A stretch of 63,584 nt of DNA, filler included, from Octopus bimaculoides (taxonomy: Eukaryota), in assembly GCF_001194135.2 (NCBI RefSeq). It is 5 parts of 4 records of this genome, joined end to end, with 100 filler letters (N's around TTAATTAATTAA, not from the genome) between each part and the next. Parts side by side here need not be neighbours in the genome. Positions count along the whole stretch, not along the records: positions 59,906 to 63,584 come from NC_068981.1; 4 more parts are not named here. One strand, written 5' to 3'. Of this stretch, positions 62,553-63,584 are shown in pieces. The number at the start of each line of letters is the position of its first letter. The first letter of the stretch is position 1. The notes beneath the pieces are model-generated. The model searched no databases, had not been told where the DNA came from, and worked only from the letters and a program-made list of their open reading frames with translations. A program made the translations under genes and the position numbers.

Positions 62553-63547
62553 GACTTTCAAAGAAGTCAAATTGTTGGTACTTGTATGGTAGGTGCTAGC
62601 ATAATGAAAACAGTTGAACTGTTTAGTGTATCAAGAAATACTGTCTTGAAAGTAATGACAGCCTTTGAGAAAAAGAGAAAGTCCTCCTCGTCAAAACAAA
62701 ACTCTGGAAAAAAACCAAAACTTTCAGATAGGGACCGTCGGGCTCTTACGTGAATTGTTAGAAAGGATCACAAAAGTACAGCTCCCAAAATTACTGCAGA
62801 GCATAATGACCACCTCAAGAACCCAGTTTGCACAAAAACTTTTCGCCGGGAGCTGCACAAAGCCAGATTTCATGGGAGCGTTGCAATCAGAAAACCACTA
62901 CTTTCAAAAACTATGCTATTTTCTCGGATGAGTAATCCATTACCTTATTTCCAACTACCAGCCATGTGGAGACAGCCAAAAGAAGCATTTGACCCAGACT
63001 GCCTTCTTCCAACTGTTAGAAATGGAGGAGGATCTGTGATGATCTAGTGGGGCTATATCTTGGAAATCTGCCAGCCCAATGGTTTCCCTTCATAGCAGAA
63101 TTAATAGTCATGACTATTTAAGCATTTTATCTGATTAAATTCATCCTATGTTTGCAGAACTGTTTCTGGAGGGAAACACAGTCTTTAAGGATGATAATGC
63201 ACCAATTCACGCAGCTAAAGTTGTTACCAAATCGTGCGAGGAACATTCTAGTGAAGCTGGACATCTTATCTGGCCACCACAGACACCAGATCTCAATATT
63301 ATTGAACATTTATGGTGCATTTTAGAAAAACAAGTAAGGAGTCGATATCCTCCACCATCATCACTACAAGAACTGGAGAGTGTTTTAGCTGAAGAATGGA
63401 CAAAAATTCCTTTGGAAACAATTCAAACTTTGTTCGAGTCTATATCTCATAGAATTCAAGGTGTAATTACTGCCAAATGTCCTACCCCATATTAAAATTA
63501 ATTTTTTTGAAATTTTATGGTGTTTCCATTATTTTGTCCAACCCCTG
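62553..63547 (+). mobile_element. Tc1-like transposon lacking its 5' TIR; D..E spacing of 36
   Basis: DFQRSQIVG, SGKKPKLSDRDRR, RKPLL, GGGSVMI, FKDDNAPIH...WPPQTPDLNIIEHLW; 3' end GGTGTTTCCATTATTTTGTCCAACCCCTG then TA. Confidence 0.92.
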
Positions 63548-63550
63548 TAT

Positions 63551-63584
<34 letters not shown>

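Noticed and set aside
1-63584. CRISPR arrays, prokaryotic operons, viral or Fanzor/TnpB-type ORFs
   Set aside because: No regularly spaced repeat-spacer structure and no such protein motifs in any frame.

Overview
AT-rich, gap-ridden animal draft-genome window dominated by transposon debris and microsatellites. The SINE families, RTE and Dong-like LINEs and microsatellite load point to a cephalopod, probably Octopus (inference from recalled repeat sequences, not a database hit). No intact host protein-coding gene can be supported, and nearly all long ORFs in the track are artefacts of N-runs and simple repeats. Well supported content: five kinds of tRNA-derived/CORE-like SINE, including a dimeric SINE seen twice with perfect 19- and 16-bp target-site duplications; six defective Tc1/mariner elements (two mariner, DD37D-like, two DD41D-like, DD36E-like); fragments of RTE, R4/Dong-like and L1/Tx1-like LINEs; a foldback MITE family; and two copies of a small repeat carrying a minimal type I hammerhead-ribozyme-like motif with a shared non-canonical core. 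One candidate host terminal exon lies at 29039-29165. The best leads are the hammerhead-like repeat, the mobile SINE dimer and the DD41D element whose 3' end is replaced by an inverted copy of its 5' end. I found no convincing evidence of a wholly new multi-gene system.
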